A stretch of DNA of 38,058 nucleotides from Anaerolineae bacterium. Its GTDB lineage: Bacteria; Chloroflexota; Anaerolineae; S140-20. Below, piece after piece: positions 25,526 to 34,106 of this stretch. The notes under the pieces were generated by a model. That model ran no database searches. It was not told the origin of the DNA and saw only the letters and a list, made by a program, of their open reading frames with translations. The stretch is from assembly GCA_027021705.1 (NCBI GenBank), contig JALUTT010000087.1, positions 1-38,058 on the forward strand. Direction: 5' to 3'. The translations under genes and the position numbers were made by a program. Every line of letters starts with the position of its first letter. Positions within the stretch are counted from its first letter, which is position 1.

Positions 25526-26656
25526 TTACGTCTCTGGGGGCTCGGAGACGATGGGCAAGGAGATGGTGAAGGTGCTCCCTACCCCTACAGTGCTCTCCAC
25601 GGTGACCCTGCCGCCGTGGATCTGAACCACCCGCTTGACGATCGCCAGACCCAGGCCGGCTCCTTGCTGCTCCCGCTTCTTGCGGTCTATCTGCTGGAAT
25701 CGGCGGAAGAGGTGGGGAAGGGCCTCGGGTGCAATGCCGATCCCCTGGTCTTGGACGACAATCTGCAACCACGGCCCTTCGGCGGAGACCCTGATCGTCA
25801 CCGAACCCCCTTCTGTCTTGGAAAACTTGATGGCGTTGTCCAGCAGGCGTTCCACAGCGTCCTGGAGGTAGCGGGGGTGAATGCGGGCGGGGGGCAGGAC
25901 CGGGTCCACCACGACTTCGATCTGCACCCGGGCGGATACCGCTTGAGCTTCCACCCTACTCACGGCCCGGCGGATCAGCTTCGCCCAGTCGCGGTAGATC
26001 ACCGCTTCCCATTGGTAGACCTGGGCGACCTCTCCGCTTTCCAGGCTCACCAGGAACAGAAGGGATTCGATGAGGCGGGTGAGCCGATGGCTACCCCGGC
26101 GGATGCGCTCCAGAAAGCGCTTCAAGTCCTCCACGCGCAGACGTTCCGGCCCCTCGTCGAGGATGAGGTCCAGATAGCCCTGGATGAAGGTGAGGGGGGT
26201 GCGGAATTCGTGGCTTAGGGCGCTGAGGATCTGCTCCTTCAGTTCGGCCAGTTCGGCCTGGAAGGCGGCCTCCAGCGCCGCCGCTCGGCTCAGCTTTGCC
26301 TCTACGGCAACCAGCAAGTCCTCGGGCTCGAAGGGCTTCACGATGTAGTCGTCGGCCCCCAGTTGCTTGCCGAAACGGACATCCTGCTTCTGCCCTCGGG
26401 CGGTCAGGAAGATGAAGGGGATGCGCATCCAACGGGGATCCGAACGGACGGTGTTGTAGAAGTCGTAGCCGTCCATTCGGGGCATCATAATGTCGGAGAT
26501 GATGAGGTCGGGGTGTTTTTGCTCCAGAACGTTCAGCCCTTCCAGACCGTCTATGGCTGTCAGTACCTCATAGCCCGCCATCTCCAGGATCTCGGCGATG
26601 CCCTGGAGCATTGGGATGTCGTCCTCGACGACGAGGACACGGAGCTTCTCTTCCAC
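25526..26656 (-). CDS. Hybrid response regulator-histidine kinase (REC-HisKA-HATPase)
   Basis: GTG 26656 after GGAGAGG; VVEDD, SDIMMP, FLTA, YIVKPF; SHEFRTPLT; NAIKFS, DQGIGI, GAGLGL. Confidence 0.92.
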   Translation of the reverse strand: MEEKLRVLVVEDDIPMLQGIAEILEMAGYEVLTAIDGLEGLNVLEQKHPDLIISDIMMPRMDGYDFYNTVRSDPRWMRIPFIFLTARGQKQDVRFGKQLGADDYIVKPFEPEDLLVAVEAKLSRAAALEAAFQAELAELKEQILSALSHEFRTPLTFIQGYLDLILDEGPERLRVEDLKRFLERIRRGSHRLTRLIESLLFLVSLESGEVAQVYQWEAVIYRDWAKLIRRAVSRVEAQAVSARVQIEVVVDPVLPPARIHPRYLQDAVERLLDNAIKFSKTEGGSVTIRVSAEGPWLQIVVQDQGIGIAPEALPHLFRRFQQIDRKKREQQGAGLGLAIVKRVVQIHGGRVTVESTVGVGSTFTISLPIVSEPPET

Positions 26657-26743
26657 GGGGGATCCTCTCCTTGGCGTGCGGTCCTTCTCCGCGCTTGCCA
26701 GCGAGTCTGGCACTCGCAACGGTGGCTCCCTTTAGCGTTGGTC

Positions 26744-29700
26744 CTAGGGTTGGTCCTTAGAAGCAGGAGGCGATCGAGAGGTTTCATCCAGGGCAGGGAG
26801 CCCTACGGTGAAGGTGCTCCCCATTCCAGGATGGCTCTTGACGTCAATCCACCCCTGGTGTAGGTCCAGGATTTCCTTGACGATGGCCAGTCCCAATCCT
26901 GTCCCCGGTGCCATATGTCGCTGTCTCTCCCCACGGTAGAAGCGGTCGAAGATGTGGGGCAGCTCTGATGGGGCGATCCCCACCCCGGTATCCTTGACCG
27001 CCAGGGCGACCCATCGTTTCCCTTCCCGCACCATAACCCCTAGCGTCAGGACGATCTTCCCGCCGGCCTCTGTGTAGTTGATGGCGTTGGCCACCAGGTT
27101 GGTCACCAACTGGATGATCTGATCCCGATTGGCCTTCACCGGAGGCACGGGACTGGGCTCGAAGGAGAGGTTTACGTTGCGGCTCGTCGCTTGAGGAGCC
27201 AAGCTCTGGACGACCTGCTGGACGATCTCGTCCATCTGGAGGGGAATGCGCTCGGCCTGTTCGCCCCGGGTCTCCAACCGTGAGAGGTCCAGAATGTCCT
27301 CGATCAGCGTCTCCAGCCGGCGTACCTCCTGGTTCAGCACCCGCAGGTGGGTGGCCCGCCGCTCGGGACGCCCTTTCTCCAGCAGGGTCAGGTAGAGCTT
27401 CAGGTTGGCCAGAGGGGTGCGCAGCTCGTGGGAGACGTTGGAGACAAACTCCGATTTGAGTTGGTCTAGTTCCTTGAAGTAGGTCACGTCGCGCAAGACG
27501 ACGACGGCCCCCAGGTCTCCTTCGGTCTCCCCCCGCACCGGCGCTGCCTGGGCCTGATAGGTGCGGCCGGCGATGACGACGGTGCTCTGGGCGGTTGGCG
27601 GACGGAAGCCTAGGGCCAGGTCACGGATGAAGGCAACCAGGTCCGTCCCCTCGGCTCGGGCGCTGCTGAGGAGCCTTTCGGCTGCCGGGTTGGCCCGCAC
27701 CAAGTTGCCGGCCCGATCGGTGACGACGACGCCATCGGCGACGCTGTGGAGGATCGCTTCGATCCGCTCCTTCTGTCGCTGGAGTTCCGCCGTCCGTTCG
27801 GCAACCCGCTCCTCCAGCGAGATGGCGTACTGTTTGACCGCCTCGTAGAGGTGGGCATTTTCAAGGGCCACGGCGGCGATGTTGGCCAGGATGGAGAGGA
27901 AGCTCTGGTCCTCGTGGGTGAAGGTGCGGGAGCGAGAGCGGGCCTCCAGTACGCCGATGATGCCGGCCTTGCCCTGGAGAAGCACGGCCAACACTGCTCC
28001 TCGCTCCTCCGGCGGTGGATTGCCCTCCCAGCAGGGAGCCTGACGCACGTCGTCGGCCAGGAGGGGCTGGCGGTGCTGGATGACCCACTCCGCGACCTTC
28101 CGGGTCTTCTCCAGCCGTTCGGGGGCGAAGCGCTCGGCAGGAAGGCCGGTGACCAGGTCGGGGTGGATCTCCTGGGCGTCGCGCCCCAGGAGCCAAAGCA
28201 CCCCGCCCTCGGCATGCAGGTCGGCCACCGCCGCTTCCAGCACCTGGCGGAGCAGGCGGGGCACCTGGAGGGTCGAGGAGAGCCCCAGGGCGGTGTCGTG
28301 GAGGGCCCGCAGACGCCGCTCCCGAGCCAGGGCCTGCTCGTAGAGGCGAATGTTTTCCACGGCGACGCCGACCTGCTGACCGATGGTGACCAACAGGTTG
28401 AGGTCCCGCTGGGTAAAGGACTGCGGGGCCTGGTCAAGGATCAGCAGGGTTCCCAGGATGCGCCCCTTGGCCGAGAGGGGGATGACCGCCAGGTTGTAGA
28501 GGGATTCCTCCTCCTCGCCGGGCGAGAGGTCGGCCCGGCGGTTGGGGAAGAGGAGCGCTTTCCTGGAGGCGAGGACCTCTCCGATGGGAGTGGTCTCGGG
28601 CCGCTCGGCGATCATGCGGACCATCGCCGGCGGGAGCCCCTGCTGGCAGGCCATGATCAGGCCGCCTTCTTTGGGGTCCAGCAGATGGAAGGCGCCGGCC
28701 TGCAGGTTCATCGCGCTCAGGATCTGGTACAGGGTCTCCTCCAGCAGCGGCTGCATTGCCAAGGAACGGCTGGTGGTTGTGGCGACGGTGTTCAGGATAC
28801 TCAGTTCCCAGTTGCGCTGCTGGGTCTCGTAGAAGAGCCGGGCGTTCTCGACGGCCACGCTGATCTGACCCGCCATCGCCGAGAGGAGGGCCTGGCCCCG
28901 TCGGGAGAAGGCGCTGCGTTGCCGGCTGAGCAGCATCATCACACCCACCCCTCGGTCGCGCGTCAGCAGGGGGACGGTGACGGCCGAGCGGAAACCGGCC
29001 TCGACCAGGTCCAAGGGAGGTTGCCGGGGCGTATGGACCAGGTCGTCTACGACGATGATCCGGCCCTTCTGAATCGCCTCCCGGATGGGGTCGTCGGAGG
29101 GCTCTGAGGAAATGGCCGTCTCGGCCAGAGGGGGGGGGAGACCCCGGTGGACGACCGGAGCCAATTGCCCTTCCTCCAGGAGGTAGATGAGGCCGCCGTC
29201 GGCGTCCAGAGCGGTCATCGCTTGGTCGAGGGCTGCCCGCAGGACCTGGTGCAGGTCCAAGGAGCGGCTCATCGCTGTGGCCAGGGCGTTCAGAATGGCC
29301 AGTTCCTCGTTGCGAGCCCGCGTCTCAGCCACCAGACGGGCGTTCTCCACCGCCACCGCTGCTTGGTCGGCCAGAAGGCTCAGGATGTAGCGCTCTGAGG
29401 GGGTAAAGCGGTGGGGCCTCAGGAAGGCGATGGTGAAGACCCCCAGGACCCGCTTCTGGCGGCGCAGGGGGAAGCCGGCCACCGATTGGATTCCCCAGGC
29501 GCGGACGTCGGGCGCTTGGAAGAGGGGATGGTTGGGGGCGTCCTCGATGATCAGAGGCTGCCCGGAGCGGGCCACGGTGGCCGTCAGGCCATCCTTGCGG
29601 GGGGCCGTGACCGCCGGCTCACGCCGCCCATCCCGCCATAGCGCGGTCCCAAAGGTCAGCGTGTCGGTGGCGGCATCGTACAGGTAGATGTGGCAGTCCT

Positions 29701-30757
29701 GCCCCCCCACCAGCCGCAGCGCTGTCTCGGTGATGATCTCCAGCACGGTGTCTAGATCCCGGGTGCTGGCCAGGCGGATGCTCGTCTCGTAGAGGACGGC
29801 CATCTCCTCCGCCCGCTGGTGCTCCTGTTCCCGTAGCCGAAGCTGTTCCAGAGCGGCGGAGAGTTGGTGGCCGAAGACTTCCAGCATAGGCACGTCGTCG
29901 GCCCTCACGTCACCGTGGATGACCAGCACGCCGGCCACCGCCCCGGCCTGGAGGATAGGGACGAGCACCGCCCCCGTCAGATCCAGAGCCCTGGCGATGC
30001 GGCAGGAGAGGGTGGGGTCCCTGACCCCCAGGAATTGCCGGATGACCTCCAGGCCGTTGGCGACGAAGCAGGTCTTCCCCTGGGCGATCTGCTCACGGAA
30101 GAGGGAGACCTGTTCCAGAGGGGCTGTAATCTGGTGGGGATCCAGGTTCAACTCGGTGAGGACCACCTGCTGCCCAGAGGGGGGGTAGGTGGTGCAGTAG
30201 AGATGGAGCGCCTCTTGGCCCTTGTCCAGCAGCCAAAGGCTGGAGTAGAAGCCGATCTCCCGCAGCGCCTGACCGATCGTCCGGTAGACCTGCCTCTGGT
30301 CTCGTTGGTGATGGGTCTCCAGGGCGGCACGGCTAAGGGCATGCCAGACGGGGGAACCCCGTTGGGCAGAGGTGGGGGTTTCACCATGCAGGGAGCGCAG
30401 GGCCTGGCAGGCCGTCCAGGTCAGCGCCTGCTGGAAAGCGCCCTGCTTCAGGATTACGTGGTCACGGGAGGGGTCGTGGGTTGCTTCGTCTGGCTCTCCC
30501 AGGTCGGGACTGATCAGCAGGATGGCAGGCATCGTGTGGCCGGCACGTCGGATCTGGGCGAGCAGTTCAGGGCCCCGCCGGTCCCGTAGGGGGTCATCTA
30601 GGATCAGCAGGGCAAAGTCCTGCTGTGCCAGGAGGGCCAGGCATTGGGAGGAAGTGTGGGCGGTGGTGATTTGCAGGGGAAAATCAAGGGAGTGCAGCGC
30701 CTGCTGAATCTGCCCGGTCTGCTCCTCATTTGCCCCGACCAGCAGTAAGGGTATCAT
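26744..30757 (-). CDS. Cytoplasmic multi-GAF sensor histidine kinase (atypical REC, about 5 GAF, PAS, HisKA, HATPase)
   Basis: Repeated GAF ends (AAVAVENARL, ISVAVENARL, VGVAVENIRL, AAVALENAHL); ADGVVVTD PAS; SHELRTPL; NAINYT, DTGVGI, GTGLGL; no TM. Confidence 0.92.
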   Translation of the reverse strand: MIPLLLVGANEEQTGQIQQALHSLDFPLQITTAHTSSQCLALLAQQDFALLILDDPLRDRRGPELLAQIRRAGHTMPAILLISPDLGEPDEATHDPSRDHVILKQGAFQQALTWTACQALRSLHGETPTSAQRGSPVWHALSRAALETHHQRDQRQVYRTIGQALREIGFYSSLWLLDKGQEALHLYCTTYPPSGQQVVLTELNLDPHQITAPLEQVSLFREQIAQGKTCFVANGLEVIRQFLGVRDPTLSCRIARALDLTGAVLVPILQAGAVAGVLVIHGDVRADDVPMLEVFGHQLSAALEQLRLREQEHQRAEEMAVLYETSIRLASTRDLDTVLEIITETALRLVGGQDCHIYLYDAATDTLTFGTALWRDGRREPAVTAPRKDGLTATVARSGQPLIIEDAPNHPLFQAPDVRAWGIQSVAGFPLRRQKRVLGVFTIAFLRPHRFTPSERYILSLLADQAAVAVENARLVAETRARNEELAILNALATAMSRSLDLHQVLRAALDQAMTALDADGGLIYLLEEGQLAPVVHRGLPPPLAETAISSEPSDDPIREAIQKGRIIVVDDLVHTPRQPPLDLVEAGFRSAVTVPLLTRDRGVGVMMLLSRQRSAFSRRGQALLSAMAGQISVAVENARLFYETQQRNWELSILNTVATTTSRSLAMQPLLEETLYQILSAMNLQAGAFHLLDPKEGGLIMACQQGLPPAMVRMIAERPETTPIGEVLASRKALLFPNRRADLSPGEEEESLYNLAVIPLSAKGRILGTLLILDQAPQSFTQRDLNLLVTIGQQVGVAVENIRLYEQALARERRLRALHDTALGLSSTLQVPRLLRQVLEAAVADLHAEGGVLWLLGRDAQEIHPDLVTGLPAERFAPERLEKTRKVAEWVIQHRQPLLADDVRQAPCWEGNPPPEERGAVLAVLLQGKAGIIGVLEARSRSRTFTHEDQSFLSILANIAAVALENAHLYEAVKQYAISLEERVAERTAELQRQKERIEAILHSVADGVVVTDRAGNLVRANPAAERLLSSARAEGTDLVAFIRDLALGFRPPTAQSTVVIAGRTYQAQAAPVRGETEGDLGAVVVLRDVTYFKELDQLKSEFVSNVSHELRTPLANLKLYLTLLEKGRPERRATHLRVLNQEVRRLETLIEDILDLSRLETRGEQAERIPLQMDEIVQQVVQSLAPQATSRNVNLSFEPSPVPPVKANRDQIIQLVTNLVANAINYTEAGGKIVLTLGVMVREGKRWVALAVKDTGVGIAPSELPHIFDRFYRGERQRHMAPGTGLGLAIVKEILDLHQGWIDVKSHPGMGSTFTVGLPALDETSRSPPASKDQP

Positions 30758-30808
30758 ACGGGATACGCGCCTTTCGGTCAGAAGGGTTGTGGCGGCGTTG
30801 GTGTTCCC

Positions 30809-30837
30809 ATTATAGGCCAGTCTTCTCGACCAGCCAA
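30809..30837 (-). promoter_or_regulatory. Sigma70-type promoter for the kinase pair
   Basis: TTGGCT-17 nt-TATAAT on the minus strand. Confidence 0.75.
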
Positions 30838-30879
30838 TAGCCCCAACGTTAAACTCGCGTGAAATTCAGCCGAGCGCTC

Positions 30880-32265
30880 TCATTGGTTGGGAGACCAGGC
30901 TCCGGGGCTGACCAGTTTGTAGCCCCGTCCCCGTACGGTGAGAAGGTAGCGGGGTGCGCCGGGATCCGGTTCCAGCTTGGCCCGTAGCCGGCTGACCAGC
31001 TTTTCGATGCGGGCATCGTCCACCTCCGCGATGTAGGAGCCGCCCCAGACGGCCTCGACGATCTGGTACTTGGTGCACAGGCGGTTGATGCGACCATACA
31101 GGAAGAGCAACAGGCGGTATTCCAGATCGGTGAGCGTGGGCACGCGATGGCCATCTACCCAGACCTCGCCGGCGTCCACGTCCACGAAGATACCTCGCCG
31201 AGTGCCCTCCTGGAGCAGCCGCTGGCGGCGGACGAACCCTTCGAAGAGGCGGCCAAAGAAGCGTAGGTTCTCCCCTTCGGCCACGAGGATCCCCTTGCGA
31301 CGCAGGTTGCGCCGTTGCTGGGGAGAGAGGCTCTGAGGCCCCTCGACGATGAGGCTCAGGAGCCCTTCCTGTTCGTCCCGTCGTAGTTGCTCCCACAGCC
31401 GGGTGCACTCGGAGTGGACGGAGGGGTCCCGTTCCAACTCTTCACGCACCAGGTTCAGGCCGCGTTGGCGCAGTTCGGCCGGCGCGCCGGCGGCCAGGCG
31501 GATTAGCGTGCGCGTGACGGCCTGGATCAAGCCCGGATGGTGTCCTGCCTGTTCCAGGACAAAGTGGGTCTCCACCTCATCCAGGGGGGTCCCCTCCGCC
31601 CTGGCGAAGGTTCGGATGAAGGTGAGGGCGTCCTCCTGGGAAAGGCCCGCCAGCCAATAGGTGCGGCCGGCGAAGAGCTCGCAGAACTCGTTGGCCTCCG
31701 GCTCCCGACGGAGTTCGGTCAGGGGGCGAACGGTCGCGGTCACGTAGCAGAGGGCCGACCCATACCGGTCCTTCAAGGCCCGCAGATTAAGGAAGACCCG
31801 GCTATCCAGGGCGGTGAAGGGCTCGTCAAATTCGTCGAAGAGGAAGACAATGTGCCGCCCTAGACGCTCCCCCAGCACCATAATCGCTTCGTTGAAGGCG
31901 AGTGGCGCCCGAAAGGGATGGCTGGGCTCGATCACCTGCTGGTAGTGATCGGCAATCCGGTCGTGCAGCGCCGAGGCCGTGGTGAAGTGGTTCAACAGGT
32001 CCAGGACGTTCCGTAGCACCACTTCGTAGAAAGCCTGCTCGCTGAGCTCCAGCATCAGGTTGAAGTCCACATAGACGAAGGCGTAGCGGGAGGCCAGGTC
32101 CCCCAAGTAGCGGGCCTGGACGGTGGGGGTGGCGAGGGCCCGAAGCAGTGTGGATTTTCCCGTGTTGCTAAGCCCTACGACAGCACAGGATTCCGCGTGG
32201 GTGATGCGGTTCATCAGGTAGCTCAGTTCGGCGTGGCGGGTGTTGATCTCTTGCGTCCTGCTCAT
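30880..32265 (-). CDS. P-loop (STAND/AAA-like) ATPase fused to a C-terminal OmpR-type winged-helix DNA-binding domain
   Basis: Start moved to ATG 32265; GLSNTGKST, FLFDEFD, AGHHPGL; C-terminal LTDLEYRLL...VSRLRAKLE...LLTVRGRGYKL. Confidence 0.85.
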   Translation of the reverse strand: MSRTQEINTRHAELSYLMNRITHAESCAVVGLSNTGKSTLLRALATPTVQARYLGDLASRYAFVYVDFNLMLELSEQAFYEVVLRNVLDLLNHFTTASALHDRIADHYQQVIEPSHPFRAPLAFNEAIMVLGERLGRHIVFLFDEFDEPFTALDSRVFLNLRALKDRYGSALCYVTATVRPLTELRREPEANEFCELFAGRTYWLAGLSQEDALTFIRTFARAEGTPLDEVETHFVLEQAGHHPGLIQAVTRTLIRLAAGAPAELRQRGLNLVREELERDPSVHSECTRLWEQLRRDEQEGLLSLIVEGPQSLSPQQRRNLRRKGILVAEGENLRFFGRLFEGFVRRQRLLQEGTRRGIFVDVDAGEVWVDGHRVPTLTDLEYRLLLFLYGRINRLCTKYQIVEAVWGGSYIAEVDDARIEKLVSRLRAKLEPDPGAPRYLLTVRGRGYKLVSPGAWSPNQ

Positions 32266-32296
32266 TTTCGTTCCCGACTCCTCGTTCCCGGGTCCG

Positions 32297-32328
32297 AACA
32301 CAAAAGGCCAACACGGGCGTGGTTGGCC
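32297..32328 (-). terminator. Intrinsic terminator after the IPQTG protein gene
   Basis: GGCCAACCAC-GCCC-GTGTTGGCC followed by TTTTGTGTT. Confidence 0.7.
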
Positions 32329-32367
32329 CGCATTGGCCTGGTATGGGGGCAAACCAGGCGGTCGGGC

Positions 32368-32985
32368 TCAGGCTGCCGCGCCCATGCGCAGGCGGCGGGC
32401 GATGAAGAGCAGGGCCAGCAGGCCGACGGCGGTCAGAGCCAGCTCTCCTCCGCCCAACCCAGTCTGAGGAATTTTGTCCTCTCCGGCTGCCGTAGGCTTG
32501 GGCATCCGGGTTGCTGTGGCCTGCCCGGCGGCAATGGGAGTGCCGGCCTCTCCGGCCTCCGGAGTACCCGCAGCGGCAACGGCGGTGCCTTCCCCACCCT
32601 CCACTGTCGCGGTGAAGGTCGGCGTCGGCGTAGCGATCACCGGCGTCGGCGTGTTGGTCGGTGTCGGCGTATTGGTTGGCGTCGGCGTGTTGGTCGGTGC
32701 TTGAGTCGTCAACGCCGCGATGGCCACCGCCGTCTCCGTCGCGTGGGCGTTCTCGAAGATCGCCGTGTTGGTCGCCAGCACGGCCTGGTTGGTCGCTTCG
32801 ACACTGCGTCGCCGGGCCGGCGCTACCACCAGAGCCAGGGCCGCAATTGCCAGGAGCGCAAGCACGAAGACCCCCCCCATCGCAGCGGCCAGGATGACGA
32901 AGGCGCGGTTGGAAGCCTCTTCTACTCCTTCCTCCCCTGCGTTCCCTGCATTCCCAAGCTCTCTATCTCTGTCCATAAATTCCAT
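32368..32985 (-). CDS. Thr/Pro-rich surface protein with an N-terminal TM and an LPxTG-like (IPQTG) C-terminal sorting signal
   Basis: TM at about aa 28-55; (TNTPTP)x3; IPQTG, hydrophobic helix, then RRLR. Confidence 0.75.
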   Translation of the reverse strand: MEFMDRDRELGNAGNAGEEGVEEASNRAFVILAAAMGGVFVLALLAIAALALVVAPARRRSVEATNQAVLATNTAIFENAHATETAVAIAALTTQAPTNTPTPTNTPTPTNTPTPVIATPTPTFTATVEGGEGTAVAAAGTPEAGEAGTPIAAGQATATRMPKPTAAGEDKIPQTGLGGGELALTAVGLLALLFIARRLRMGAAA

Positions 32986-33014
32986 AATGGCTCCTCCTCA
33001 CCAGTGGGCATCGT

Positions 33015-34106
33015 TCAGCCAATCCGTTCCAGGTTGAGATAGGGCACGAAAACGGGCTCCTTGGCAGCTTCCCCGGCCAGGGATTCCAGCCTGACCCACG
33101 CGCCCGGCAGACGGAAACCGGCCTCCATCGGCTGAGGCGCGGGAGAGAGCGAGGAGATGCGGCCCACAGCCCCCCGGTAAGGCCCCCGGGTGACACGAAC
33201 CTGGTGACCGACGCGCAAGACCGCTTCCGGCACTTCAGGGGGTGGAGGCTTCGTGCTGGTCGGCAAGGGGATGATGATCTCCGGCCGGATCTTCTCCCAA
33301 CGCAGTTGCATCTCCCCGCTCACGGCGGCCTCTCGCCCTTCGTACTGCTGCAAGAGCTGAAAGATGGGAGCGGCCATCGGCACCTGTCCCAGGCCCTCGG
33401 TCGCCACGACGGGAAAGGGGGCTTGCCGGGCCAGGTGGATCAGGTCGGCTGGCAGGCTCCCCACAATAATCGCCCGGACCTGCAGCTCGATGGCCTGCTG
33501 AAACGCGGCCTCGTCTTGAATGAACCCCCCCATAATAACGGCCCCGTGGCAGGTGATGTCAATCATCTTGGCCCGCACGGGTTGATCGGGCCGCTCGACC
33601 AGTGTCTTGAGAACCCCGTAAGCGTATCCGCCAGACCCCCACGCTCCCTGGACCCACGCCCCTGTCGTCTCAATCACCGCCCCCCGTTCCGGGATCACCT
33701 CGGCGACCAAGCCCTTCAAGTGGGCGCGAACCTCGATCTTCTCCGAGGTGGTGGCCTCGATCAGCAACCGTCCCCCCCCGATGGCGACGACGGTGCCGTC
33801 CACAGGAGATCGGCAGGCACGGGGGATCAGGCCCAGGGTAGGACGGTAGACGGCGATCCGCTGCCCGGCCCGCACCTCGTCGCCTGCCCGCACCCGGATG
33901 GCCTGCTTGGCTACCTCCTGGGGAACCTTGAGCAATCGGGCCACATTGACCAGGTAGAAGTCCCCTGGTTTCTGGGCTCGCGCGATGATGCGAACGGGAT
34001 CCACCGGATCTCCAGGACGCACCAGGACCTCGCCCGGGATGGGCAGCGTTCTCTCACAGCGGATGGTGGTTAGTGGTAGCAGACGTGTGATTGTCGAATA
34101 GAGCAT
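33015..34106 (-). CDS. Conserved hypothetical protein with barrel-sandwich-hybrid-like segments and a C-terminal KOW motif
   Basis: GEVLVRPGDPV, VRAGDEVRAGQRIA, CRSPVDGTV; C-terminal VGHQVRVTRGPYRGAVGRI; TGATG overlap with the upstream gene. Confidence 0.7.
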   Translation of the reverse strand: MLYSTITRLLPLTTIRCERTLPIPGEVLVRPGDPVDPVRIIARAQKPGDFYLVNVARLLKVPQEVAKQAIRVRAGDEVRAGQRIAVYRPTLGLIPRACRSPVDGTVVAIGGGRLLIEATTSEKIEVRAHLKGLVAEVIPERGAVIETTGAWVQGAWGSGGYAYGVLKTLVERPDQPVRAKMIDITCHGAVIMGGFIQDEAAFQQAIELQVRAIIVGSLPADLIHLARQAPFPVVATEGLGQVPMAAPIFQLLQQYEGREAAVSGEMQLRWEKIRPEIIIPLPTSTKPPPPEVPEAVLRVGHQVRVTRGPYRGAVGRISSLSPAPQPMEAGFRLPGAWVRLESLAGEAAKEPVFVPYLNLERIG

